Assembly: GCF_000262045.1 (NCBI RefSeq)
Contig: NZ_AJVF01000013.1
Location: forward strand, 653,868-693,867
DNA from: Bacillus siamensis KCTC 13613
Lineage (GTDB): Bacteria; Bacillota; Bacilli; Bacillales; Bacillaceae
DNA: 40,000 nucleotides
Direction: 5' to 3'
The translations under genes were made by a program, and so were the position numbers. This document shows, piece after piece, positions 1 to 9,900 of this stretch. Positions within the stretch are counted from its first letter, which is position 1. Each line of letters begins with the position of its first letter. Under the pieces are notes generated by a model. It was not told the DNA's origin and did not search any database. It saw only the letters and a program-made list of their open reading frames with translations.

Positions 1-314
1 ACTCCGCCTTTGACTGTGACAGAATGTGAAGCTGTCCACGAATTGTTATCTTCGCTCTCTTCGATAAAAAGAGTTCCGCTGCGGTCCGAATAAGCCCAAC
101 CCTGTGCTCTGTCTATTAAGACGGCCCCTAAACGGTCTTGTCCGAATTGGCTGTAAACTTCAATTGCCTGCAGCGGCGTGTTGGTAAGCAGCTCTGCCAT
201 TCCGGACAAATCAGCAACCGGTGTGGCATAATCGTTTTTGTTACCGCGATAAGCTTTTACGGCGCCTGGCCTGCCAAGTTGATCAGCGGGAAATTCAAAT
301 GAATGCTTTATCAT
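1..314 (-). CDS. xepA: PBSX lytic exoenzyme XepA, N-terminal ~104 codons (runs off window start)
   Basis: ATG at 314 is preceded by AAAAGGAGG. My translation is MIKHSFEFPADQLGRPGAVKAYRGNKNDYATPVADLSGMAELLTN..QDRLGAVLIDRAQGWAYSDRSGTLFIEESEDNN, which resembles XepA as I remember it. It sits after xkdX as in PBSX. Confidence 0.7.
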   Translation of the reverse strand, partial: MIKHSFEFPADQLGRPGAVKAYRGNKNDYATPVADLSGMAELLTNTPLQAIEVYSQFGQDRLGAVLIDRAQGWAYSDRSGTLFIEESEDNNSWTASHSVTVKGG

Positions 315-344
315 TGGCCATCCTCCTTTTTTAAAAATGACAAA

Positions 345-364
345 TAAAAAAAGCCGTTTGGCTT
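345..364 (-). terminator. weak terminator-like hairpin between xkdX and xepA
   Basis: Minus strand reads AAGCC-AAAC-GGCTT followed by TTTTTTTATTT. The stem is only 5 bp and overlaps the xkdX stop codon. Confidence 0.25.
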
Positions 365-560
365 ATGACACAGCATTTTTATAGTTTGCGTATGTTTCAC
401 CCGTTATTTCTTGAAATTCCTCAGGCGTGATATAGTGCGCGGCCACCCCTTCAGCCAGATCTTCGGCAGAACAGTCATTATAGCCCATAGCCTGTTTGAC
501 CATTTCTGTTGAGGCCCACTTATAAAACAAAGCGTAAACCCAAAAGTTAAGTCTCTTCAT
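363..560 (-). CDS. xkdX: XkdX-family small phage protein
   Basis: 65-aa ORF with RBS AAAGGAGAA upstream of the ATG. Position and size match PBSX xkdX. Confidence 0.8.
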   Translation of the reverse strand: MKRLNFWVYALFYKWASTEMVKQAMGYNDCSAEDLAEGVAAHYITPEEFQEITGETYANYKNAVS

Positions 561-564
561 TTTT

Positions 565-945
565 TCATTCTCCTTTTACGTTTAAGAGTTCCAGTTTTAA
601 AGATGCTATTTGCACGCCGAGTGACTGCTGTGCTTGTTCGGCTGCTTTTCTGGCCAATTTCTCATTTGCCAGCTGCGCGCCGAGGCCCGCAAGCTGGTTT
701 AATGAATTTGCATCGGGGGCCATATCTTTTTTTAAACTGTTTTTATATGCTTCATCAGCCGTTTCCACCCATTCTTGTTTTTCCTCATCAAAAAATGGGC
801 GCCACATGCCTTCGCCGTTTATTTCCGGCGGAAAGTCCGCAGCGTTAGCCGGCATTATATAATCTCCTGTCTCAGAATCCGGATAAAGCTCAACCGGACT
901 GCCTGTATAAATGTTGTCATTGTCATACGGAAATATTAATTTCAT
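565..945 (-). CDS. xkdW: XkdW-like tail-fibre-associated protein
   Basis: 126-aa ORF with RBS AAAGGAG, lying directly after the tail fibre gene as in PBSX. The C-terminal part looks like coiled coil (LANEKLARKAAEQAQQSLGVQIASLKLELL). Confidence 0.7.
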   Translation of the reverse strand: MKLIFPYDNDNIYTGSPVELYPDSETGDYIMPANAADFPPEINGEGMWRPFFDEEKQEWVETADEAYKNSLKKDMAPDANSLNQLAGLGAQLANEKLARKAAEQAQQSLGVQIASLKLELLNVKGE

Positions 946-957
946 ATTCTCGCTCCT

Positions 958-2571
958 TTACGTGAGGGCCACAACAAGATCAATGTAATAGCCGTTAACA
1001 TTATTTTCTATATTGGCCATAATTCCCGTCAGCTTCATATCTCCATTAGAATAAATAACAATCTTACTGTAACCGGTGGTGCCGCTGGCTGCGACCATAG
1101 TCACAACGCCTTTTGCCGGCGCACAAGAGGATGGCACACTGCCGAATACCACTTCTCTGTCCGTAAGAACGTGTCCGTTCAGGTGAAGGGTGTTTCCCAC
1201 TTTGCGATATTGAAGCGGCCTGTCTCCTGACTTAGCGCCATTTTTATAAGGAACATTTATCCAAGGAACATTTTCAGTATCAAGTTCGGTAACGATCCGC
1301 CTCCAGCCCTGCCAGCCCAAGTTCAAATCCAAATAGTTCGTGAACATATTATTTTTATAATCGATGGCAATGACATACCCAAACGTTCCCTTTCCCTCAC
1401 TGTCAATAGAGGTAAAATGAAACATGCCGCGGGTCGAAGCATTGCTCGGACTGTTTGCCGCTTTGCCGGTTGAATAAAAGGTGCCGAACGCCCTGCCGTT
1501 TTTCACAATTTTTTCAAGAAAGTTATCTTCATCACCAATCGCGAGAAGAATGCCGCCGCTGTCGTTTGTGATTTTGGAAAGCTGCCCGCCGTTCCACATA
1601 TTTTTATCCGCCTGTGTGACATGGATGTCTTTTTTATTGGCGTGAGCGTCTACTAGTTTTTGTGCACCTTCTGTGCTGTCCAACTCAACCCAATCACTCC
1701 AAACGTTATTTGCCAAAGACTTACGAAATGTTCTGTTGTCATTTGTCATGGCAAGAACATGACCATATGACTTTCCGACGCTGCAGGTCCAAAACCCGCG
1801 TCCGCCTGCAGGCGGGGTATTCGCCGCAGTTTTTTCATATGAGAAATAGGTTAATGACGGATAGTTTAACAATTCAGCATGAAGATCAGTTGTGACATTT
1901 AATAACGGCTGGCCGTCATCATTCGAAATTTTATTTAACTGCGAATTGTTCCATTTGTCTTTATCAGTTTTTGTTACGTGAATATCTGTTTTATTAGCAT
2001 GGGCATCTATCTTTGATTGCACATCAGTTGTAGACTCTATAGGATACCAATTGATTGCTGTTTGATTAGAGTTATAGTAAAACCACCATGCATTACCTTT
2101 CACGTCTACGGCATAACCATTACCTATTCCAGGCTGCCCCACTAACTGCATACCGCGCAGGCTCGTATTTGACGGGTTGTCTGTTACTGCATTGGTTCCA
2201 TAAAAAGTTACAGAACCAACGTCTTTTAACGAGTCATAAAACGAGCCGGAAGTTAAATTGATTTTCTGAGTGCCATTATCGGCAGTGATTTTAAACAGCT
2301 GTCCTGCATTCCATTTATCCTTATCAGCTATCGTCACATGCCGGTTCTGATCTTGATTGTGCTGGTCGAAATCTTTTTTTGCTGCCTGCTGGACATTATC
2401 CACGTTTCCGAGGCCGATTTGGGCCTTTGTCGTTTTGTGCGGGTTGTTCATGTCATTTTTATGGGCCGCCAGATCCGTGTGTGCGTCTTTTATGCCTTTT
2501 TCCCAGCGATTGACGTCATCTTCGTTAATCGGGTCGTCTGGAAGCCAGTCTGTTTTTTCTTCGTAAGCCAT
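958..2571 (-). CDS. xkdV: tail fibre / receptor-binding protein XkdV-like, with three tandem ~115-125 aa modules
   Basis: 537-aa ORF at the PBSX xkdV position. The motif H-V-T-x-x-D-K-x-x-W-N-x-x-Q-L-x-K-I occurs three times (approx aa 78, 198, 316). Confidence 0.8.
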   Translation of the reverse strand: MAYEEKTDWLPDDPINEDDVNRWEKGIKDAHTDLAAHKNDMNNPHKTTKAQIGLGNVDNVQQAAKKDFDQHNQDQNRHVTIADKDKWNAGQLFKITADNGTQKINLTSGSFYDSLKDVGSVTFYGTNAVTDNPSNTSLRGMQLVGQPGIGNGYAVDVKGNAWWFYYNSNQTAINWYPIESTTDVQSKIDAHANKTDIHVTKTDKDKWNNSQLNKISNDDGQPLLNVTTDLHAELLNYPSLTYFSYEKTAANTPPAGGRGFWTCSVGKSYGHVLAMTNDNRTFRKSLANNVWSDWVELDSTEGAQKLVDAHANKKDIHVTQADKNMWNGGQLSKITNDSGGILLAIGDEDNFLEKIVKNGRAFGTFYSTGKAANSPSNASTRGMFHFTSIDSEGKGTFGYVIAIDYKNNMFTNYLDLNLGWQGWRRIVTELDTENVPWINVPYKNGAKSGDRPLQYRKVGNTLHLNGHVLTDREVVFGSVPSSCAPAKGVVTMVAASGTTGYSKIVIYSNGDMKLTGIMANIENNVNGYYIDLVVALT

Positions 2572-2573
2572 CG

Positions 2574-2846
2574 TTACACCACCTCAAAAGTAAATCTTAA
2601 ATCAAGCGTTCTGTTATTGCTGAGGTCCAAATTTGTTTTTCGTTCTGTGATGATGCTCCCTGTTTCGTCAAGCATCTGCACGGTTTCAATATGTTTAATG
2701 TCTTCTTCCCTGCGTGTGAGAACGGTGACTGCGGCATCTTTTACAGAAATGTCCGCAATCGGTGTTTCTTTGCCGTTTAACAGCACTTTTGTGATCCTGT
2801 TTTTCAAATCGGCTGCGGCACGCTGTCTGTAAGCGGCTGATATCAT
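2574..2846 (-). CDS. small conserved PBSX-like tail protein (hypothetical)
   Basis: 90-aa ORF. Its ATG overlaps the xkdU stop (ATGA), and it lies between xkdU and xkdV. Confidence 0.65.
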   Translation of the reverse strand: MISAAYRQRAAADLKNRITKVLLNGKETPIADISVKDAAVTVLTRREEDIKHIETVQMLDETGSIITERKTNLDLSNNRTLDLRFTFEVV

Positions 2847-3421
2847 GGTAAGACCACCTCGTTATTGTTGAGTGTGACGGAATAACCGACCTTCAGTTCA
2901 CTGACTTTTCGGTATCTCCGATTGTTGAGAATGACCCGGTCTTTGATTTCCAGTGTTTCGTTTAATGCAGCTCTCAGTGTATACGCCAAATGAGCGGGTT
3001 TGATTTTTTCAAGCGTTTCAATCAGGTCGTTCATGTACTGCAGGTCATCAAGCTCCATATCGGCATAAAAACGATATTCCCCCGGAAACATCCGAACATA
3101 AGCTGACGGATGTTTTAAAAAACGGTTTAGCGCCTGTTCGATCGCTTGATGGGTGATGGGCGGAATATTCGACATCTTCGAGATCAGCCTGAGCCGTCTC
3201 ATGTCTTCTGTGTCACCTGACTCCCGCGGTATTTTTAATATTTTTTCCCAGCGGTCAAGCCCCCACGTCGCCGTCGTAATAAAAAGCTGGTCTGTCAAAT
3301 CGAAAATATCGTTATTCTGCCGCTCAAACTCGGGAGCTTCCGCCTCAAGAATTTCCGCCATCTCTTTTAATTGAGTTAAAAACGGCGGGAGATATGCCGT
3401 CATCTCATCGAGTCTGCTCAA
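2843..3421 (-). CDS. xkdU: baseplate/tail protein XkdU-like (YmfQ/DUF2313-type)
   Basis: 192-aa ORF with a TTG start preceded by AAAGGGGTG at 7 nt. It follows the baseplate J gene. Confidence 0.8.
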   Translation of the reverse strand: MSRLDEMTAYLPPFLTQLKEMAEILEAEAPEFERQNNDIFDLTDQLFITTATWGLDRWEKILKIPRESGDTEDMRRLRLISKMSNIPPITHQAIEQALNRFLKHPSAYVRMFPGEYRFYADMELDDLQYMNDLIETLEKIKPAHLAYTLRAALNETLEIKDRVILNNRRYRKVSELKVGYSVTLNNNEVVLP

Positions 3422-4451
3422 GGATTGTCACCCCTTTGAGTTTAGGAATTTCCACATCACTGAGCACAAGATTTTCCGCCGCACCGTTCATTTTGATATC
3501 TGCGTAGTCACTGACGGATGCCGCGTTATAAACGATGTTGTTAATTTGTGATAAGCGGACGGTGTTTTCTTCGAAAGCCATTTTCTTAAATAAATTCAGG
3601 ATGCCTTTTTCAATCTCCGCTTTCACGTCATCGATCGAGCTGTTCAGTTCAGGCAGCACGGAAGCGGAGATTTCGATCTCTTTCCATACCGCGCTTTCCA
3701 CTGTTACTGCAGCTCCGATCGGCGCCTGGCCTTCTCCCTGGCCTTCATCGGGATCAATATAATCCTTTACTTTCTTGATCAGAATATCTGATGCCGGTTC
3801 CAAATTCGCATTTGTAATGACAACTTTCACCGTTCCGTCTCCGTTCCAAAGCGGGAAGATTTTCGCTCTGCCGACACCGTCCACTTCTTCAGCCCACTGT
3901 TTATAATGCTGTTTATTTGCGCTGACTGCCTCCCGGCGGACTCGGGTAAAATATCGTGTCCTTAAGCTGCTGTCATCTTCTTCCTCACGGCCGGGAATTA
4001 ATATATCGCCCATGACCGCTTTCTCAAGCCCGGGAATCGTATCAAGCGGCAGCAGATTTTGACCTGTAATGCCGGCATTCCCCGCTTCTCCGGCCGTTTC
4101 ACATTCGAGCGTTCCATCCTCTGTATATTGAAAATACAGGTTGTCGACGAAAAAACGGGAGCCTGTCGGAATGGTGATGCCCGCTGTGAATTCTCCGGCT
4201 CTGACCGCTTTTGTGGCAGATGTTCGTTCAATTCCCGCTTCGGCAGCCCGCCTGTCCAGAAATTCTCCTTGAGCCGTATCGGAAAAAACAAGCTCCAGCA
4301 CGGTATCAAGCCAAATATAAGACTTTGCGAGCTCAGCGGCCGCAGGCGCGAGCGCATTGTAAATGACGCTTCCTTCTCTCGTATCAATATCCGCCGTAAT
4401 GCGCGCCAGCATTCTGTCCATAATGCCGTCAAACGTCTGAGCTTCAAACAT
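3405..4451 (-). CDS. xkdT: baseplate J-like protein
   Basis: 348-aa ORF of the size, position and sequence character of Baseplate_J / XkdT. Its start overlaps the xkdS end. Confidence 0.88.
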   Translation of the reverse strand: MFEAQTFDGIMDRMLARITADIDTREGSVIYNALAPAAAELAKSYIWLDTVLELVFSDTAQGEFLDRRAAEAGIERTSATKAVRAGEFTAGITIPTGSRFFVDNLYFQYTEDGTLECETAGEAGNAGITGQNLLPLDTIPGLEKAVMGDILIPGREEEDDSSLRTRYFTRVRREAVSANKQHYKQWAEEVDGVGRAKIFPLWNGDGTVKVVITNANLEPASDILIKKVKDYIDPDEGQGEGQAPIGAAVTVESAVWKEIEISASVLPELNSSIDDVKAEIEKGILNLFKKMAFEENTVRLSQINNIVYNAASVSDYADIKMNGAAENLVLSDVEIPKLKGVTILEQTR

Positions 4452-4869
4452 CCTCTCCCAGCACCTCCTCTATCTCAAGCATGCCCTCATCCGCTTCAAC
4501 GGTAAAAGAGGCGATGAAGGCATCATCTTTTTTCTCAATCTCAAAATTGGCAACAGCCAAAATCCGGTCATCATACAGCAAGGCTTCTTCTATCAGTCTT
4601 GGAATCTCCATTTTTTTATAAGCATCCGTCGTGTTTTGATCAGAAAGCACTTCCTGCAGTTCATTCCCGATATCATGGCTGAAAACAGAATATGAATACC
4701 GTTCTGTGTGAAGAGCGATATAGACGAATTGTCTGATGGCGTCCAGTCCGTTTATCAGTTCATTGGTAATCCGGTTGTTTTCAAAATCAATTCGGTAGGT
4801 TTGTGAAGTTTCAATGGCCTCACTCGCATCCTCCAAATCTTCAAATTCGATTTCCGGTGTCAGGGCCAT
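4444..4869 (-). CDS. xkdS: baseplate protein XkdS-like (DUF2634 type)
   Basis: 141-aa ORF with RBS AAAAGGAGCGGG upstream. Synteny supports the call. Confidence 0.8.
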   Translation of the reverse strand: MALTPEIEFEDLEDASEAIETSQTYRIDFENNRITNELINGLDAIRQFVYIALHTERYSYSVFSHDIGNELQEVLSDQNTTDAYKKMEIPRLIEEALLYDDRILAVANFEIEKKDDAFIASFTVEADEGMLEIEEVLGEDV

Positions 4870-4899
4870 TGCACCCGCTCCTTTTTGATTTATTCATGT

Positions 4900-4932
4900 A
4901 AAAAAGCCCTCTTCAGAAAAAGAAGCGGCTTT
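4900..4932 (-). terminator. terminator-like imperfect hairpin in the xkdR-xkdS gap
   Basis: Minus strand reads AAAGCCGCTTC-TTTTTCT-GAAGAGGGCTTT followed by TTTAC. The stem is 6+4 bp with a small internal loop, and the U-tract is partly inside the stem. Confidence 0.3.
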
Positions 4933-5012
4933 AACAGGCTGATATCTTTAATACATTTCTGTCCAGACGGATGAATTTTCAAAGTCACACTCCCGGCATT
5001 CATCGAATGCGG

Positions 5013-5279
5013 TTAAATTTTATCCAGCACAAAAAAGGACTGTCCTCCTGTTAATGCGGCGGTCATCACCCGGTCTCCTGCCTGGAGCTGATCATCTCCG
5101 CCGGATTTCAGCCGCTTCGGCACAATGAGTGCATCAGACGGAATCAAAAGTTTGTCGTGATCTTTCAGCTTCAGCTCGAGCGGCGAAACCGAGGTCACTT
5201 CCGCCGTCATCAGCTCCACCGGCGCTTCGGCGTCAACCGCCCCGACGGCTAAATGTTTAATAGCATCGCTTAATCTCAT
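5013..5279 (-). CDS. xkdR: XkdR-like small baseplate/spike-associated protein (DUF2577 type)
   Basis: 88-aa ORF whose ATG overlaps the xkdQ stop. Synteny supports the call. Confidence 0.78.
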   Translation of the reverse strand: MRLSDAIKHLAVGAVDAEAPVELMTAEVTSVSPLELKLKDHDKLLIPSDALIVPKRLKSGGDDQLQAGDRVMTAALTGGQSFFVLDKI

Positions 5280-6256
5280 CAGGATGTCCCCTCCGGAAGT
5301 GAATTTTTCTCCGTGACATCAATCGTCATGGTATGCTTTGTTCCTTGGAATTCATGGCGGTCCGTATCTACATAATAAGTTTTCTTCAGCCCGATTTCCG
5401 GAATTGAGATATAGACCGGCAATCCGCTTTCTAACCCCGGAATACCGATCGCCTGTATATTTTTCAGCTCTTTCTTAACGCCTTTTTTCTCAGCCTGCTT
5501 CACTTTTGCGCGCTGTTTCAGCTGGGCTTCGTTAATGTCGTCAGAAACCGTTTCGGTATACTGTAAAACGCCGAATGTTTTCATGCCCGCGCTGTCTGAC
5601 GCGGAAGCCTTCACGGTTTTATCGTCTTTTTGCAGCCGCATGACGACACGGGTTGCGGTATCATCAATTGAAGTGCTGTATTGATACCCTGTAATATTAA
5701 CTCCTGTTTCCAGCACCCAAATGTCAGACGGATCCGGCCATTCACGCAAGCCGAGTCTGCCTTTTTCTGAATAGAGCTGATAATTGCGGCCCGTCTGGCT
5801 TTTTGTCTGTTTTAACGCTTTTAACATCATATCGTAAAGACTTGTATCATTTTTGAAAACGAGTGATTTAATGGTATGCCCTGTGTTGGCAATGGATGTC
5901 ACGGGAATTTGAAAATCGCTGGCGATCCTTTTTAATATTTGATCGGCGCGCTTGTTGGAAAACACATAAACGTCCTGGTTTTTCACAAGGTATTGGAGCA
6001 TATCGTATGCGGTGAAGGCGACGGTATGCTCATCCGGCGTTCTTGCAAAGACAATGCCGCGGAACAGCTCTTTTCCGTTCCATTTGAACAAAACCGTATC
6101 CCCTTCTGATACGCCGTAATACGTCTGGCTGCCCTGCTTTACGACAATTGTCGCTTCGATGGAGCGGGGCGCCTGATATCTGTGTCCTTCCAGCGTTACG
6201 CTTTCCGTGACAAGCTCGAGCCACTCCGTTTCTTTTATAACAAATAGTTCAATCAT
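5279..6256 (-). CDS. xkdQ: XkdQ/YqbQ-like baseplate hub (late control D-like) protein
   Basis: 325-aa ORF directly after the LysM protein gene, as in PBSX. Confidence 0.82.
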   Translation of the reverse strand: MIELFVIKETEWLELVTESVTLEGHRYQAPRSIEATIVVKQGSQTYYGVSEGDTVLFKWNGKELFRGIVFARTPDEHTVAFTAYDMLQYLVKNQDVYVFSNKRADQILKRIASDFQIPVTSIANTGHTIKSLVFKNDTSLYDMMLKALKQTKSQTGRNYQLYSEKGRLGLREWPDPSDIWVLETGVNITGYQYSTSIDDTATRVVMRLQKDDKTVKASASDSAGMKTFGVLQYTETVSDDINEAQLKQRAKVKQAEKKGVKKELKNIQAIGIPGLESGLPVYISIPEIGLKKTYYVDTDRHEFQGTKHTMTIDVTEKNSLPEGTS

Positions 6257-6269
6257 CTTCTCACCCGTT

Positions 6270-6977
6270 TCATTGCGGTATCTTCAGCTTCTGCCCCGGG
6301 AAGATCCAATGCCCCGGCTGCCGGATATTCCGTTTGCTGCGCTTAATCATGGCGGTTTTATTCGCGTTCCAGATTTTCCGCCACTCCGTGTGGTTTCCGT
6401 AAAACTTGCCGGCGATGTCCCAAAGCGTATCCCCTTTTTTGACGGTATATGTTTTGGGTGAAGCTTTGGATGGGCGCTTCGCTTTCGTTTTTTTCTTTTG
6501 TTTAATTTTTCTTGGCGAAGCAGTTTTATATTCTTTCAGTACGATATCAAAATTCCGGTCGCCGATTTCATTGTCACCTTCGCTGTAATTGAAACTTTCA
6601 ATACTGCATGTAACATTGATTTTTGTTCCTGTAATTAAAAACTGAACGGGTTTTTTCGCTTTCATCCATGTTTCAATAGCTGAAATGGCTTTTTCCGGCG
6701 AAGGGATGCTTTGATATTCGGCAATCGGGGTGTATCGTTTCGGAAAAAAAGAAGAGAACGAAATTTCTTTCGCTCCCGGTTCTTCAATAAACGTCACCTC
6801 TCCAAGACCCGTGACTTTCACGGAATCATTCTGCACGCTGTTTGCGATATCAATCGCTTCAGGGAGAACGGGAAGCCGGAGCTTGTCCTTCCCCTGTGAC
6901 AGCCAAAATTCGTAAACAGATTTAGTCAAAAGCAACGGCCCCCTTTGCTCCGGTATAAATGTCTTTTTGCAGTTCAT
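6270..6977 (-). CDS. xkdP: LysM-domain tail protein XkdP-like
   Basis: C-terminal LysM ([24 protein letters not shown]). The start is uncertain: ATG at 6977, TTG at 6980, or TTG at 6929 with a strong AAAGGGGG RBS. All candidates overlap the xkdO end. Confidence 0.82.
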   Translation of the reverse strand: MNCKKTFIPEQRGPLLLTKSVYEFWLSQGKDKLRLPVLPEAIDIANSVQNDSVKVTGLGEVTFIEEPGAKEISFSSFFPKRYTPIAEYQSIPSPEKAISAIETWMKAKKPVQFLITGTKINVTCSIESFNYSEGDNEIGDRNFDIVLKEYKTASPRKIKQKKKTKAKRPSKASPKTYTVKKGDTLWDIAGKFYGNHTEWRKIWNANKTAMIKRSKRNIRQPGHWIFPGQKLKIPQ

Positions 6978-9900
6978 CAATCAGCGCCTGTTTGATTTTG
7001 GCGGCGAGGCTGTCGGCGTCCTGTCCGTTATGGAAATGCTGATCGCCGCTGAATTCGATTTTGATCTCTTTTGTTCCCGTTTTTTGAACGGTTTGTCCGC
7101 CGCCTTTAACGGCTGCGGAAACCGTGCCGGCTGAAAGTGCCGCGGTTTCCGTCTGGGACGGATCAGACACTTCCATGCCGAGCGCTTGAGCCGCTTTTTG
7201 AAGCAGATAACGGCCGCGGATGCCCCGTTCTTCAGGGATGATCCACTCCCGTTTGTTCCCTTCGCCGACACGGGCGATCTGCTCCTTCGTAATCAGGCCT
7301 CCGTTGGCATAACCGACGTATGGGCCGCCGTGCGCCATACTCTTAATCCCCGGCACATTGTTGATCGAGCCGTATCTGCTTTTAATATAGCCGATGGCGG
7401 CAGCGGCGTTGTGGATTGGATTTCTGATATCATTCATTCCCGGCGCTTTGTGAGATTCAAAAGTGCTCGGAATTGTCTGCATTAAGCCCTGTGACGGGTG
7501 TCCGGCTTTGGCGTTGCTGTCCCATAAGTTAATGGAATTAGGATTGCCGCCTGATTCATTCTGTGCGATCGTCATTAATCCGGGAAGCCAGCTGATCGGA
7601 GTATTGGTCGCTTTCATTGCGGCCAACAGCCACTCTTTGACGCTTCCTCCCGCTGCACCCATGCCGGAAAAGGCCGCTGCAAGCGAGCCTGCCTGTTTTT
7701 CGGCGTATTTTTTCACGTCAACTGAGCTGAGCCCTTTGACGACGCCGACTGAAGCAAAGCGTCCGAGACTCATCATGACACGGGAAGGAGAGTGAATATC
7801 AAGCTCTTCCCTGAATGCTTCCTCGACTTTTTTGGCCAAATCTTTGGCCGCCTGTTTGACTTCGCTTCCCTTCGCATTCATCCCTGATACGAAGTGTCCG
7901 ATCAGGCCTGACCCCCAGCCGTTCGCAGAATCTCTTGATTGCACAAACGGTTTATTGATGTGTGTGCTCACGTATTGTGCGGTTCCCGTATCTTTTGCAT
8001 TCTGTCCGGCCGAAAATCCTTTAACTGTAGCGGTGCCCCAGGAGGACGATTGATTGACCGCCGATTGATAAGGTGTTTTCACCTTTGTTTTTAAAAACGA
8101 ATCGGTGCCCGTCTGTGACGTATTCTGACCTTTCGCATAGCCCGCAACGACTTGCTTTCCGTAATCGGGCGAAGACGAAATGAGGGCGTTAAACGGCGTG
8201 CCGATGTTTTTCTCTTTCCAGCCGTCCATATCCACCGCTTTATTGCTGATCCCGCTGTCAAAGCCTTCTGTAAACTGTTTGCCGAGTGATGAAGCCGTCC
8301 CGGCAAATCCGGAAGCATCCACAGACGCAGCGGCCGATACAGACGCCGAAGAAGAAACACCGCCTGCTCCCGCCGGTGCAGCGGAAGACTGAGCCGAAGC
8401 CGCTCCCATATCGTCGACGACACGCATGCCGAGCTTAGACGCAGCTTGTGAGAGCAGCATTTTCCCGCGGCCGCGGTTGTTGTCAACGGGAATAACAAAT
8501 TCTTTACCGGCTTCACCGATCCACGAAATGGTCGGCTTTGTAATGAAGCCGCCTGTGGCGTTTTTGTCCGGTTTTTTCTTTTTATCTCCGCCGCCTGTGA
8601 CGAAGTCCATTACGCCTGAAATCAATTTGCCGCCGGTTTTATCCCAAATCTTTTTCACCCAGTCGAATGCTGCAGAAAAAGCATCTGATATGGCTGTTCC
8701 CACTTTTACAAGAGGTTCTTTTATATTTTTCTCAAACCAGCCGCTTAACCCTTTCCATATATCCTTTACCGTATCTAAAGCAGTCGTGAAAGCGTCTGAT
8801 ATTCCTTTTCCGACTTTTTCCACCATGTTTTTCACCGGGTTCCAGACAATATCCATGAACCAGCCGGATACCGTACTGAAAACAGATTTAATTTTATCCC
8901 AAGCTCCTGTGATCTTACTCCAAATGGACGTCGCTACTCCGACTACAGCCGATTTTACGGGCTCCCAGACAGTGCTCATAAACCAGCCGGATACTGTGCT
9001 GAAGACACCTTGAATCGTCGTCCACGCATTCACGATATTTGACCAGATGCTTGTCGCCACTCCGACTACTGCCGTTGAAACCGGCGTCCACACATTCTCC
9101 ATAAACCAGGATGACACCGTGCTGAAAATCCCTTGAATCGTCGTCCACGCATTCACGATATTTGACCAGATGCTTGTCGCCACTCCGACTACTGCCGTTG
9201 AAACCGGCGTCCATACATTCTCCATGAACCAGGATGAAACGCTTCCCCAAGTATCTTGTATTGTTGTCCAAGCACTTTGTGCCGCTTCGGAAATATCATT
9301 CCACGTGTCTTTCAGAGTCCCTGAATCAAAGGCCTCTCCTAAGCTGGAACCGCCTAAACTGCCGGCGATGCCGCCTACCGCGCCGCCAATTAATGTGCCC
9401 ACTCCGGGAACAACGCTGCCTATTGCCGCGCCGGCCGCTGCGCCGGCAAGACCGCCTCCCGCCGAGCCGACTTTCTCCCCTGCATTATCTTTATTGATGC
9501 CGGCTAAATCAGTAAGTGACAACAATTCACCTATGCCTGGAATTCCTTTAGCGGCACCTTTCAACCCTTTCATACCGCCTTTCAGCGCCTTTGAACCTCC
9601 CAAGTCTTTCAAAAATGCGCCGATTCCTTTACCTGCCCCTTTTGTTTTCGGCGTGTTTACAGATGCCTGTTTGCTTTCCTTTACAGAGGAGCCTTTTTTC
9701 GAAGATTTATTTCGCCCTTCGACTTTACTGCTTTTGCCCATTGTCACTCCGGTACAGCAGCAGCATCCCCCAAAAGCCCCGCCGGTTTTTTTGGCTGACT
9801 TTCCTGAAGATTTTGTCGCTGTTGCCGTGCGCTGTGAACCCTTTGTCAGATCAGGACGCTTCGGGCCGTTGGCGCCGCCGGCAGAAAGGCCGCCCTTACT

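Noticed and set aside
3998-4447. 149-aa alternative-frame ORF inside xkdT, together with similar ones at 15514-15846 inside xkdH, 23574-23846 inside xkdC, 6030-6224 inside xkdQ and 15014-15232 inside xkdI
   Set aside because: They are same-strand shadow frames with Arg/Ser/Cys-rich composition and no RBS. They are fully embedded in genes with clear homology-type signatures.
4870-5012. 37-codon minus-strand ORF in the xkdR-xkdS gap
   Set aside because: It has no Shine-Dalgarno sequence and runs through the hairpin. I kept only the non-coding observation.
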